A stretch of 63,992 nucleotides of DNA, filler included, from Conidiobolus incongruus B7586 (lineage: Eukaryota): assembly GCA_000697335.1 (NCBI GenBank). It is 6 parts of 6 records of this genome, joined end to end, with 100 filler letters (N's around TTAATTAATTAA, not from the genome) between each part and the next. Parts side by side here need not be neighbours in the genome. Positions count along the whole stretch, not along the records: positions 38,062 to 50,789 come from JNEM01006108.1; positions 50,890 to 57,400 come from JNEM01006110.1; 4 more parts are not named here. One strand, given 5' to 3'. The position numbers were made by a program, and so were the translations under genes. The notes under the pieces are model-generated. The model was given only the letters and a program-made list of their open reading frames with translations. It did no database searches and was not told where the DNA came from. This document shows, in pieces, positions 39,071 to 51,607 of the stretch. The stretch's first letter is position 1, and each line of letters opens with the position of its first letter.

Positions 39071-40338
39071 TCAATTAGGTTTACCCATTGGTAATTTATG
39101 AAACCCAGTCTTTTGACTTATCATTACCACGTTATGCGTATATGCAATATACCCAGCTACGTAACCTTTGGAGATAAGAGTAGAGAACACACCAACTGCC
39201 TCGTCTTCATCAGACTGAAATCCAGCGACGTTCAAAGCAACGTGAATTTGTTGAAACGTGAGTCTTTTTGGCTTGCCCAAATTGATATAGATTTTCTTAC
39301 ACAGATTCCTCAAGCATATCAGCCTCAATCTTTCGAACATCATTAATACATTCATTTTGGATAGTTGATCCTGAAATTGGTCAAGTAGTTTGTTATATTT
39401 GGGTATATCAGCTTCGTAAATAGCATTCAATAGAGGTCCGTATATCTTTTGCAAGGAGCGATGCTTTGATAACACTTTGATATGAGGAAGTATCCCTTTA
39501 TTAATGAGTAATGGGATTAAATAAACCAAAATTCTCTTTTGATTATCTCTATGAGCATAGTGGCAGAGTTTAAATGCTTTCATAAGATGCTCTTCAGCCT
39601 AAAGCTAAATGAGTATTATCCATTAATGATAAACATCATAATTTAGCTCACCTTTGGAAATCTCTCTTTGAAAAATTCCATTCTTCCATAATAATAATGA
39701 AAGGTTACTTGATCAGCTTTTGGAAATCTTTCAAGACTGACCAGATCAGGCTCCGTTTCGACAGCACCAATTAAACTCTTGCATAAGTCCAGTGTATTTA
39801 AATAGCTGTGAACTGATAACAAAATGTTAATCATTTTATAAGTTCCTAACATTATTGAAGTTTTTAAATTGGTGTCGGGATTGGTCAGACAGCTAGTGAA
39901 AGCTCGATTCATTATATGAGTCGCCTCCTCCAAATTACATCCTGAAGTTCTATCAATATTAAGGGAAACATCGGTTTGAATAGCTATCATTTTTAAATCT
40001 TTCATAAATCTATAAAGGATAGGAAGTACCCAATTATTCGAATTATCCAACTGTTGAACCAGTAATTTACAGCAATTAGATTGACTTTCCAATGCATATT
40101 TGTACTTCTGTTGAGCCAAATGATATCTAGTCTGTATGTGAGCATCTATAATATTACGCCATTCTGAAGGAATACTACGGAGTGCATTATTGGGTTGATA
40201 AGATTGTAATTGATTGAATGGAATTTCAAATTTAACAGGATGCGTTTGAAGTAGTGAGGCGATATCTTTACTACGACGTATTGTAATCAAATGACCGACT
40301 TCAGCTGTAAAATCTAATAAATGCAAATTATCACTCAT
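39071..40338 (-). CDS. PCI-domain protein, Csn12/PCID2(Thp1)-like; exons 40338-39652 and 39598-39071 (~404 aa)
   Basis: NWVLPILY, LEEATHIMNRAFTSCL, FPKADQVTFHYYYGR, NQKRILVYLIP and a winged-helix end LISKGYVAGYIAY. Confidence 0.88.
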
Positions 40339-41921
40339 TTTTCTTTATTTTGTTGATTTTTATTTTGGTCACTTGGATTTTCATAATATATAGTAATAAT
40401 TCAAATTATTCGAATTATGGTATTAGATAGAAATATCAATTAATTTGAGAATTTATTACATCAATTATTTTTTGACTCAAACTTAATCTATTGAATTTAT
40501 GATGAAAAATATATTTTGATATCAAATGAAACATTTCCCAGTAAAAATATATTACGATAAAATTATATCTCATAGCAATAATGTTTTTCATAATACCATT
40601 ATTTTCTTTTGAAGATAAAAAAATTAAAAAATTTATTTTAAACATAGATCAAATTGGATTAAAATTTGTAAACTTGGAAGTATTATATAATAAAATGAAT
40701 AATAGTTATATACTAAATCAATACAAATAGTAAAAATTTTAAATATATTCATTGATTGGATTTGATAAAAACTTTATTATATTATATTTAATAGTTCTTC
40801 AATTATTAAGAATATACATTAATTGCCACATCAGCTTTTTAGTATTGAAAACATAACATTATTTAAGATTGATAATGAGAAAATTTTGTGTGTATGGTTA
40901 AATTATGTTACTTAGAAATTTAAAAAATTTTGTATTTAATATAATAACTCTCGTCATATATTCAATTATAAGGTCATCTTTACTATTTTATAATTTGAGC
41001 TCTTTACCCTAAATTGAATTGTTAATTGTGTTATAATTTTTATAATAAAAAGTATATATACAAAATTAAAAATTAAAAATTATTAAGTAGAATACAAGAT
41101 CCTTTGATTATTTTAATATTAAAATAGTTAAATAATTTTAAAAATTTACATGAATTATAAAATTATTGTATTATTGTATAGATGGGGTTATCGGAACTAG
41201 TAATTAGATAATATTAATAATATGTCAAATCATATCAATATATAGCTTTAATTTATGTTTACTTGAGCTAATATTAATTAATACACATTTGAACTTGCAA
41301 ATAGTCGTCGTTTTTATATTATATTGCGGTTAATCAAGTTAATATCAAAAATATAATTTCCTCAAAAAATCATATTTAAAATTAAAATCAATAAGGTAAT
41401 AACTTGTAAATATATATATATTGTTGATTAATGAAATGCAAACTTTATTTAATATAAATGCCATTGATATCCGCATTAGAAGATATATTATCTTTAGTGT
41501 AAAATATATTATAAATCCAATATTATTTTAACATGTGTATATTTGTTTAATAATAATAGGATTTTGAGTTCTGTGAGGACCATTATCTTACAATTAATCA
41601 TTACATGGAATATGTAAATTAACTTTGAATCGATCGTGTTGGAAAATGGCAGTCCAAATTAACTAATCACAATATTCCTAGTCAACCAATCAAAATCCAT
41701 TGAGTGGTGAATTGGATCTTCAGAATATTGAATGTGATTGATTACCTAAATCTTATCCACATAATAATATATAAATAAAATATCTCTAATTTTAAACCCT
41801 ACAACTTAATTATTCTATCTGAAAATCATCTTTAATATATTCAATTAATTATTCTATATTATAAAATATATAACTTTTGATATATCATAATCTTAAAAAA
41901 TAATCCATCAATTTTTAGAAT

Positions 41922-44900
41922 ATGTCGGAATCGAATTTTTATAATGACCATTCCAGAAATACTGTGGATTTAAATACTACCGATATTAAGAATAACAACT
42001 TGGAATCTATTTTGGCCGATGTGAACGAAATTACTACTGTATCTTGTGACGAATGGAGAATATTTTTAAAACAACAAATTAATAGTATTATATTGCAAAT
42101 TTTATCCAATTCTAAATATAAGCCTCATAATGTACCAATATCGGCCATTTTGTTGGATTGTAATTCTACTATTAATGACTTTAGAAACAATAATCCTCTG
42201 ATCCCAAATTTAAACAAGGAAACTGTAGAAGAATCCAAAAATAATAATCTGAAATCCACTTCCAGTACCGAGGGCGATGCTAAAAAGGAGTTGACTACCC
42301 TTTCAACAGCTTCATCAAATACTCCTCGCGTTCAACTTGGTAAATTGGGGAAACTGATCAATACTCAAGTTTTTGAATTTGATGATTGGGATCAAATTGA
42401 AAGAAGTAATACTTTTAAGGTAATGATGAATCCCTTATTTAATCAAGGTCACTAGAACCAAACCATTTATTAAATATGTGTTTAGAAACCTCCTGGTGTT
42501 CTTGTCGAAATGATAGAATTAAGAAAATATATTGAGAGAGTGCCTGGTATGTAATTTAGTTTTTTAGTTATTCAAATTCCACTAATAAAGAATATCTTGA
42601 TGTTGAATAGAGAGGGGAGATCTTGATTCCCTGACGGTTTTAAGCCCATTTGTACATATCATTCAGTCAGCCGAAACTAGTGGGTCCGTAACTGGTGCCG
42701 CTCTCACTGCTGTTCATTATATTCTTGCAAATAGAGTAATAGGTAAGCGATCCATAAATACTACACTTGAATCATTCAATTAATGGTGTTTTAGCTGAAC
42801 ATTCCAACAATTTGATCACATCCATTAGAGAGCTTTCAGTTGCTGTTACTAATTGCAAATTTGAATCAAGTGACCCTAGTCAAGATGAAATCGTATTAAT
42901 GAAAATTTTGAAAGCCATGGATACAATGGTTCATTCTGATTTGATTTTCGATAGACTCGCTACAACTCACATTCATGCTATTATTGAATCTGCTCTCTCT
43001 TTATGTCATCAGATTAAAATGTCGATGGTATTCAGGCATCATGCTGAACAAGCCATTCAATCTATTATTCTTTGCGTTACTTCGAAGTTAATTAGTAATC
43101 CTCTTCGTCATTTTAACCCTGCTATAGAGGCCTTGGCAGCAAGTGATACATTAATTGTGGGAGCAGATTCTTCAACTAGACCATCAATTTCTAGATCGAA
43201 CTCTCTTTCTGATGCTCATACTGCTCCTACCTTTGTTGAAGTTTTAGAAGAAATCTTCAAGACGTTGATTTCACTCTTAGACCCCCATAGCTTGTCCCAT
43301 ACAGATTATATGAGATTAATTGGCATTTCTTTGTTGCATTCAATTTTTATCAAAGATGGGTATTTAATAATGCGTGAAGAATCTTTAAGACCACTTATAT
43401 GTGATCAATTAATGAAAAACTTATGGATGTTACAGTTTGGTGAGCATTTGAATATTGTCACCCAATCCTTGGACCTTAGTACACTGTTGTTATCACTTGG
43501 TTTGCCTTATATGAAAGCCCAGCTCCAGTTGTTGATCAACCAAGCTATTCAAATAAGTTCACCATCCTATCAATTTGGAAATATTGGTAAGCTTAAACAG
43601 GATCAAATTCAATATCTCTTCGTGAATTTCCTATTTAACCTGTTCCAATCTTCTCCTACTTTTTTCAACGAGCTTTTCATCAATTATGATTCAGATATTT
43701 ATCACCAAAATATCTTGGAAAAGCTCATTAATTTCATTGTGGATAATTGTATTAAATACACTACATCGGAATTTCCATCGCAGATATCGAACATTTGGCT
43801 TGAGCAAATTCTTAAACTTCTTGCTTCTATGCTGCTAAGATCACATTATAAGGTATAGATTTGAAATTTTCCCATTTTACTATTATTAATACTTTTTAGC
43901 CTCAAAACGCTTTACTGACCCGTCTAACTGGAATCAACTCATATTTGAATCGTATTCCTCCTCAACTTTATCAAACTGATGTTGCACCAAATCCTGACTT
44001 TTTGTATTCTACTCAAACTCCAGAGCAGATTCTATCCAACAAAGCCAAAAAGCATATTTTAGTTCAAGCAGTGGAACAATTTAATGCTAAACCTGCTAAT
44101 GGAATAGATTTTCTCGTTCAGCATGAATTTTTGCCTCCTAAGGATAGCTCAAATTTCAATCTTGAGCTTGCTAAGTTTATTAAAAATACACCTGGATTAG
44201 ACAAGAAAAAATTAGGAGAGTACCTATCCAAGTCACAAAATACTCAATTGCTTGAGTCATTTTTAAGCTTGTTTGACTTTAAAAACAAGCGTATAGATGA
44301 AGCTATCAGAGACTTCTTAACAACTTTCCGCTTGCCTGGAGAATCTCAACAAATCGACAGAATCATGGATACCTTTTCGACTTTCTACTATGATAGTGGA
44401 CCGGAAGAAATCAACCATAGAGATGCTGTATATGTTCTCTCCTTTTCCGTTGTGATGTTGAATACAGATTTGCACAATCCTCAAGTGAGAAATAAGATGG
44501 ATTTCAATAGTTATCGCAATAATTTAAGAGGAGTAAACGATGGTAAAAACTTTTCAGATGATTATTTGAGAGCTATCTTTGAAGGCATTCGAGATAATGA
44601 AATTGTGATGCCAGAAGAGCATGAGGGCCAAAAGTCATTAGACTTTATCTGGACAACTTCCCTTCAAAATGCTAAATCTTCGGGACTTTATTTCAAGCTG
44701 CATCCTGGACAATTTGATGAACAAGTTTTCATGGTAGTTTATGGTATTATTACCGATTTGTTAATTCAAGGTAACTACAGCTCAATAACTATACGATTAA
44801 TTATACTTATCATTTCGATATATAGTGTATAAGAGCAGCCTAAACGATTCATTGATTCAAAGCTGCCTGATGGGACTTTACCTTGTTGGACACCTTGCTA

Positions 44901-47431
44901 ATGAATTCAGTAACTCTCAAGCATTGGACAATTTAGTGAAAGTAGTTTCAAGTTTAATGGCTAGGCTATTCTCAGACAATGAAGATATTGATGCTGGATT
45001 CTCAGCACAGTCATCTTCCATAGTCAATCGCACTCAAATGGTTGACAATATCGTTTTATCCGATCTTGCTGTGAATTTAGGTCAATCTTATAAGGCACAA
45101 CTGGCCACTGTATTTTTATTTAATCTTTCAGGGGATTATATTGCAAACTTGGATTCAGGATGGTGGGATTTGTTGGATTTATTGAAACTCTTTGTTGATT
45201 CTTTTTTGCTACCTACAGAGTTGCTCTCTATTGATGAATATGGTTTCCATGAAGATCCTAATTCTACCACTTCTCAAGCTAAAAAAACTTCTATATTTAT
45301 TCCATTCGCTGCACCAGATGTAACTTTACATTCTTCAAACTGGAAGAATTCTGGAGAGCCCGGTTATGTTCACATGCAACAGCCTTCGATATCTACTGAA
45401 GGTTCGAATTCAGGAATATTTTCGGCTTTATCCTCTTATTTGGGATACTCGTCCACTCATCCAGATATTATTTGGGAGTTACCAGTAAATTTATTGTTCG
45501 CATATCATGACTCCACCAAAAAGATTATAGAACCTTGTAAATTTAAAGAACTTATGACTAATATTCAAAACTTGAATCAGCAAAAGTTTGAAGCTTTACT
45601 CAAAAAGTTTATGATCATGACCAGATTGCCACAAATTGATTCCAATATCAATGATAATTCTTCCAGGCCAAATGTACCTCAGTCTGAATCAGCAGAACAA
45701 GCCACTGATTCCAGCAATGAGCCTCTTCTTCAGACCAATAACACCTCAGACTCGAGTCCTATAAAGTATTATCCTTCGAGCATTTTCTTCATTCGTTGGT
45801 TAGTCAACATCGCTCTTGAATATCATAACTCTGATCGATTTTGGCCTATTGTTTTAACATTCTTTGCCGATGTTATCTACCAAGCTGAAGTATATCATCC
45901 ATATGTTATTCAAAGAGTTTTAGTTGAATTGGTGAATATTATTTTTCATCTAACTCCCAAAGCTGCTCAGTCGAATTTGTCACAGCTTAGTTTAAATAAG
46001 GCTGTCCAACTTTTGGGCAAGACTTCACCCAATTCAATCATTTCCTCTTCTGAACAACTGGTTCCCGCATTCAAGCTTTTAATTGCTACATATTCTAACT
46101 TTTTGTTTGATTCTAACTGTTGGGCTACTTGCCTTCATGTTGCTCATAATACTTTCTCGTCACCTAACCCACAAACTGTTCATAAAACTTTCAATCTTGT
46201 TCAACAGCTCATTGGATCTATCAATCGAGTTCAAGTATCTCATGGCGATTATTTACTGCTTGTGAATCTTTTAATCGAGTATAGTAATCCTGATCAGTTC
46301 ATCAGATCAAGTGATGATCCTCTACAGTTAGTTATTCAGAGAAGCTCCCTATCGCTCAGGTTAATTGGTAAATTACTTGAGCAAATACCTCATGTTGCTC
46401 AAGATCGTCAATTGAGTGGCTATTACCTTCCACCAATGATTGGATTGAGCAATCTCAGCAACCATTTAAGAAAGGAAATTAGAGGTGCTGCTTTGAGTCA
46501 ACTCAAGTATGCATTAACTTCTTCATATCTAACCAATCACTCCACATTTTCTGATTGGAGTAAAATTTTTACCAAAGTTATGTTCCCACTGATAGATCAA
46601 ACAATTTCTAATAATCACAGCAGTGGCAAGCGTTCTAGTCAACAGCATCAGCAACCACAAATGGACATGATTGAACTTGAAGAAGGTCGTACTAGAGTTT
46701 CATCAATGCTCTCACAAGTATACTTGGTTTATTTGAATTTGGTTTCTCCAATCAATTCTTCATTTGACCCACAAGAGTCGCTTGATTCGTTTACACATGT
46801 CAAAGCTATTTGGACTGAGCTCTTACCTAGGCTCTTGAGATTGATGAAGCATCCACGCCAGGATGATCAATACTTCGAAACAATTTTCGAAATATTAAAA
46901 AATCTCATATTGGTCATGCAGGCAACTCATCTCTTACTTTTGGCCTCCGATCCTGCGCTAGAAGGAATCAACTCCCCCAACTATCAAGCTAAATATCTTG
47001 AATCTCAAGATCCTATATCCCAGCTTACCATTACCACATATATCTTGATCAAGGAGAATTTCCCTCAATTGATGGAGCAAATTTTCCCAATCAGGTCATT
47101 ATCTACTTCTCCTCAGAATATGCTCAAAATCCCTACCGTTAGTAGTGAAAATATCCATAATCAAGAACAATCTAGTGTAGAAACTGGTGCAACGAATAAG
47201 GCTCACGAGCCAAATGAAAAACTAGCTGCAGAAGTGAATGAAGCTGACGTTAAAGTACCAACTCAAGAGAGTGGGCCCAATTCTTCAGAACCCAAATCTG
47301 AGCAACCTCCCTCCAAAGAAGTAAATCAACCCCAAGAAGCGCAAACACTCAAGGAAGAAAATCCTAAATCATCCGAAGATCCTAGTCAATTCCCTGATCA
47401 TTCTGCCGCATCAATTATACTATCTCTATAA
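41922..47431 (+). CDS. Large Sec7-domain Arf guanine-nucleotide exchange factor, GBF1/Gea1-2 type, multi-exon
   Basis: DCB region (LSPFVHIIQSAETSGSVTGAAL; VTNCKFESSDPSQDEIVL), HUS box LFINYDSD, Sec7 motifs FRLPGESQQIDRIM and YVLSFSVVMLNTDLHNPQV, followed by HDS-like helical regions. Confidence 0.93.
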
Positions 47432-47892
47432 ATCACATAATATACACATTTGGATCATTCAAATAATTGATCGAATTAATACTTATATTAATACACAATA
47501 TTAATATTTTGAATTTCATATAAAAAATTATATTAAATGTATTTTTTATCAAATATGTAAAGGTAAAATAAATTCATTTTAGCAATTTCCTGGCCAAACT
47601 ATATTGGTAACAATATGAAATCAGCTAGTGCAAATAAAATATATATTGATTTATCAGCTTTGAAAAATTGAATGTAGTTGATATTAAAAAGGCGATTATA
47701 ATAAAATTGATTAGAGGTGAAGATGGAAGGAAAAGTATAGAAATTGAAATTTTAACAATCTAGATCAAGTGATGGAAGATAGGTGCGTTAATCAAAAGTT
47801 GTTGAAATAAAGAAATAAAAACTTGGTTGATATTAAATGAAATTGCAAAAAATGAAAAAGATAATCAATTTATATTATTAAATTTACAAAAT

Positions 47893-48052
47893 TTATTTCT
47901 TATCGTGGTTACTAATTCTTGGAATGTCATCGAGGACACCAACACAGCCATTGTGTAGGCCAGGTTGTGAAGCATGGCGACTACCAACTGGGGTAGACTA
48001 CCGATGATTAGTTCTCTGGCTATCTGGCGATGATTACTTGTAAATGGGGCAT
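47893..48052 (-). CDS. Candidate spliced microprotein (39 aa): exons 48052-48038 and 47997-47893
   Basis: ACAATG start, 40-nt GTAATC...ACTAAT...TAG intron, GC-elevated island and an upstream TATA-like element. No recognisable homology. Confidence 0.35.
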
Positions 48053-48443
48053 TGTAAAGAGCGGTTAGACCAGTAGCAATAGTGGCGGTGTGAAGACCAG
48101 GCATGCTAAGGGAATGGAATCACAAAATAGCAATAGAAAAGAGTGTAGAGTGAATAATGGAACCTGACTCAAGTGGAGTATAGGCGGCTACGAGAGTATA
48201 CTAAGAGAGCGGGTCTGAAGTAGGAAAAGAGGCCTATTTGTAAAAGAAGGAGAGAGAAGGAAGTGCTTATTATAAATAAGTGAAATATATTGGCATAAAT
48301 ATGCATTGACTGAGTAATAGTGAGGTCACTTAGACTTGGGCTGGTAGAATGTTGATAAGGCCTAATTTATTAATCAGTGACTTAGTAATGATTTTAAGTG
48401 AGAAAAGGTATCAATCAGGTTACAATTGTCACATCTTTACCAC

Positions 48444-48528
48444 CCAACTATAACTCAATTGGTAGAGCGGGAGACTCTAGTTACGAGCTGTAATCTCCAG
48501 GTGACTGGTTCAATTCCGGTTGGTCTGA
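48444..48528 (+). tRNA. tRNA-Tyr-like gene with CTA (amber) anticodon and a 12-nt intron; possibly a pseudogene
   Basis: D-arm ACTC-AATTGGTA-GAGC; anticodon arm GGAGA-CT-CTA-G[TTACGAGCTGTA]A-TCTCC; T-arm ACTGG-TTCAATT-CCGGT; C1-G72 and A73 as in eukaryotic Tyr. There are two acceptor-stem mismatches and an A10-C25 mismatch. Confidence 0.75.
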
Positions 48529-48814
48529 TATTTATTAAACATTTTAATTTACCAATAATTCTCAAATATCACACATATTTATAACTTCAATTTTATTGAT
48601 AACAATATTAAATCAATACACTAATTTTTTATTTCAATATATCAATACAAAATTTATCTACTAATAAAATCTATCTTAGATGTTACGAAATAGTTTCTTA
48701 AGCTTTATTGGGTAATTTTATAATATAACATCAAAATTAAGCTTTATTCGATTTGGGACATTAATGAAAAACGAGTATTTGAATCAATTTTTTGATTAAT
48801 AATAAATAATTTAT

Positions 48815-50237
48815 TTAAATAAAATTAACATGAAAATAAATTAAAAATATCATCGGAATACCAAAACCTAAACCAAACCAAAATATGGCATTCGCTAACC
48901 AAGCTCGACTCTTAAAGATGGGTAAAGACATCAATAAGGTTATAGGAATTTGGCTCATTTGAAAAATAATAAAAACACAAATAAATTTTTTAAATATGAC
49001 TCCCATCGCTAATTCATGAAAAATGGAAGATATTAGGAATGTGAGAGTGAGTGCGGATACTTTGGTGAATTTCCTAGTCTTTAGCAATTCTTTATATACA
49101 AAATTTTTTAAAAATAAATGGACGGGTCTGTTCCATTTATAGCTGAATTCATAAAATGTTATACTGTTCCACCAATCTTCGTAAAAGTTGCGATCGCTGT
49201 ATCGTGTCAATTCTGCAAACCCATTGCATACGCATTCGAACATAATATAAAATATTAGCATTGTAATTACTAGAATTGGAGGACAGAGATAAAACAGAGT
49301 TTCCAATACTGATAAATTACTCTGCTCCATAATGGGATAGATGTGATGCTCTACAGAGATCAGGAGAAGTCCAACTAAAACGAAAGTTGCAAACAGTTTT
49401 TCTAATACGTAGAGCCATCGAATTTTGGGGCCTCTTGGGAATTCAATGTTGTAACAAAGGGATGGGACGAGTAAATAATCCAAATAGTTGAATAAAGTCA
49501 CATTAGCTGGATAACTCATAGAAAGGTTACTTGTGCTAAATTTAGCTCGCAATGAATGAAGCTGTTTTTGTGAATCTTTAGTCTTATTAATGGGTTTCAA
49601 TTTCAAGTATGTCTGTCTCTTTACGAGATATTCCTGGTTTTTGGCATTATAACTATGCAATTTCATAAGCATGACTAAAGAGTGGAGATAAAAACTACCT
49701 CGACTCGAAGCATACCAATCCGTATTAATAGAATACCAAGTGCAGGCGACAATAAAGCTCAATTCGTAAATTGTTTGAATTCCAATTCTGATAATTTTGG
49801 ACTTTCCCAAAAATGTATGGGCGAATAGATATTGAATAGGAAAACATAATGAAGCGAACAATACCATTATGATATCGGATACTATTAACTCTACAGAAGT
49901 CTCTGAAATAAGCCAAATTATAGCAGTTCCAATAGGCTGTCCAGTGGCTTTCAGAGTTCTGATAATAGTTTGTGAATAATAGAAAGTCATAGCCACCCAA
50001 AATAGAGTGAAGAATCCTCGAATGGGATGTCTATTTTCGAATAAATGCGTTAGTTCTAACTCAGAAGAGCGATTCGAAATAGATTTGCTCATTTTGATTG
50101 ATGATTTTTGAAAAGTGGATTTTTTGGAATCCGAAGTAGGTGTAGCATCTTTGATCAGAGATCTGGCCTAATTAATATCAGTTAAAATAAATTAATAGAA
50201 TTTATCTTTAAAATTATCTTACCAAAAAAGTTGACAT
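48815..50237 (-). CDS. MBOAT sterol O-acyltransferase (ACAT/Are1-2 type); short first exon 50237-50223
   Basis: RGFFTLFW, MKLHSY, YPANVT, FAELTRYSDRNFYEDWWNS, WNRPVH and the catalytic His in SSIFHE, with multiple hydrophobic segments. Confidence 0.9.
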
Positions 50238-50524
50238 ATCGAAGAATATTATAACATTAACAATGTATAAAACGGAATATTATAGGTATCAGTAATTGTA
50301 AACTGAATTAATTCAATTAATATTTTAATTTAAAGGGTCAAAATAAATAACTTGTACATCAATTTTAAAAAATTTAAAATTTGTAGTTGAATTTGTTTGA
50401 ATAAATTTTGACAAATGCAAAGGTAAAATAAGAAAGTTGAATAAATTTTTACAAATACCAAGTAAAAATAATAAAGTTGATTAAATTTTACAATTTGTAA
50501 AAATTAATTGGTTATCTTGATTTT

Positions 50525-50789
50525 TTAATCCATTTCCTGATCAGTGAATATCCAATTGTCAACTACCTCTAAGATCCGCCAATGAGGAGCTGAAGAATTC
50601 ACCACGAAGTCATCACATTGATGTATAAGGATTCCCCAACTCATTAGTAGACACAAACGCATTATCCAGCGATTACTTCCTGTAGTTAACCAAGTTCCTC
50701 CCCAGCTAACCATTACACATAGCAGGACAAATGTTAATTTGAATACTGATGTCTGAGGTGACTCTGCGAGGGGAACTTCTTTGAATGTT
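50525..50789 (-). CDS. 3' end of an unknown membrane-protein gene, truncated by a spacer
   Basis: Open frame from the gap to the stop: ...VFKLTFVLLCVMVSWGGTWL...RLCLLMSWGILIHQ...WIFTDQEMD*. Two hydrophobic segments and coding-like GC. Confidence 0.55.
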
Positions 50790-50889
50790 NNNNNNNNNNN
50801 NNNNNNNNNNNNNNNNNNNNNNNNNNNNNNNNNTTAATTAATTAANNNNNNNNNNNNNNNNNNNNNNNNNNNNNNNNNNNNNNNNNNNN
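50790..50889. other. Artificial contig-joining spacer
   Basis: 44 N + TTAATTAATTAA + 44 N. Confidence 0.97.
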
Positions 50890-51209
50890 TTTAAATATTA
50901 TAGCTTTATATTTATAAATATTATTTTAAAATATTATAAATTTATTTTTATTAAATTTTAAAAGAAATTAAAAAAATTAATTTTAAAAAATTTATCTTAT
51001 TTTATTATAGAATTATTAAATACTTTATTTAATATTAACTCTATGATTATAATATTTAATTTTATTATTATAAACAAAAATTAATATAAAAAACTAATTA
51101 AAAACTTTAATAATTTATAAAAATATATATTTATTTATTATTTATCCATTAATACTTCATTTATTAATTTTAATAAAATTATATCTAATGATTATTTTTT
51201 ATAAAATAT
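50890..51209 (+). mobile_element. Older, more mutated copy of the same Gypsy family (left part of the interrupted host element)
   Basis: Aligns collinearly to the inner element at ~53210-53530, ending at the shared AATAT. Confidence 0.85.
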
Positions 51210-51607
51210 TATTAAGGGACTAGTTCTCTAGATTCTTATATATACTTTTATATAATCCAATTAACTATAAATTATATGATTAATTTATACTTATATAGTT
51301 AAATTAATTGTATAAATAGTATTAAATTATCTAATAAATAAGGTTCTTCTTTTTCTTCTCAATTCTTACTATTTTTATTTTTACACTATTTCTAAAATTG
51401 AGACTATATTCTGTTGATATTGTAGGATATTAGCACTACCTAATATAAATCTTAATATATCAGTGACTCACTCTAGTTTGAAGCTTAATTAAACTTTGTT
51501 TACACTTACACACTATAGCTACATTATATTACCATATTCTATACCATACTACTTTTATATTAAGTTTTCCTCTACACTATATTAGTTTAACTACCACTAT
51601 GCTTATA
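51210..51607 (+). repeat. 5' LTR (398 bp; TG..CA ends mutated to TA..TA)
   Basis: Direct repeat of 56524-56921 with 29 substitutions and no indels by manual alignment. Confidence 0.95.

Noticed and set aside
47893..48052. Resemblance of CVGVLDD in the microprotein to MSDIN toxin-precursor followers
   Set aside because: There is no MSDIN-like leader and no Pro-flanked core; the similarity is too short to mean anything.
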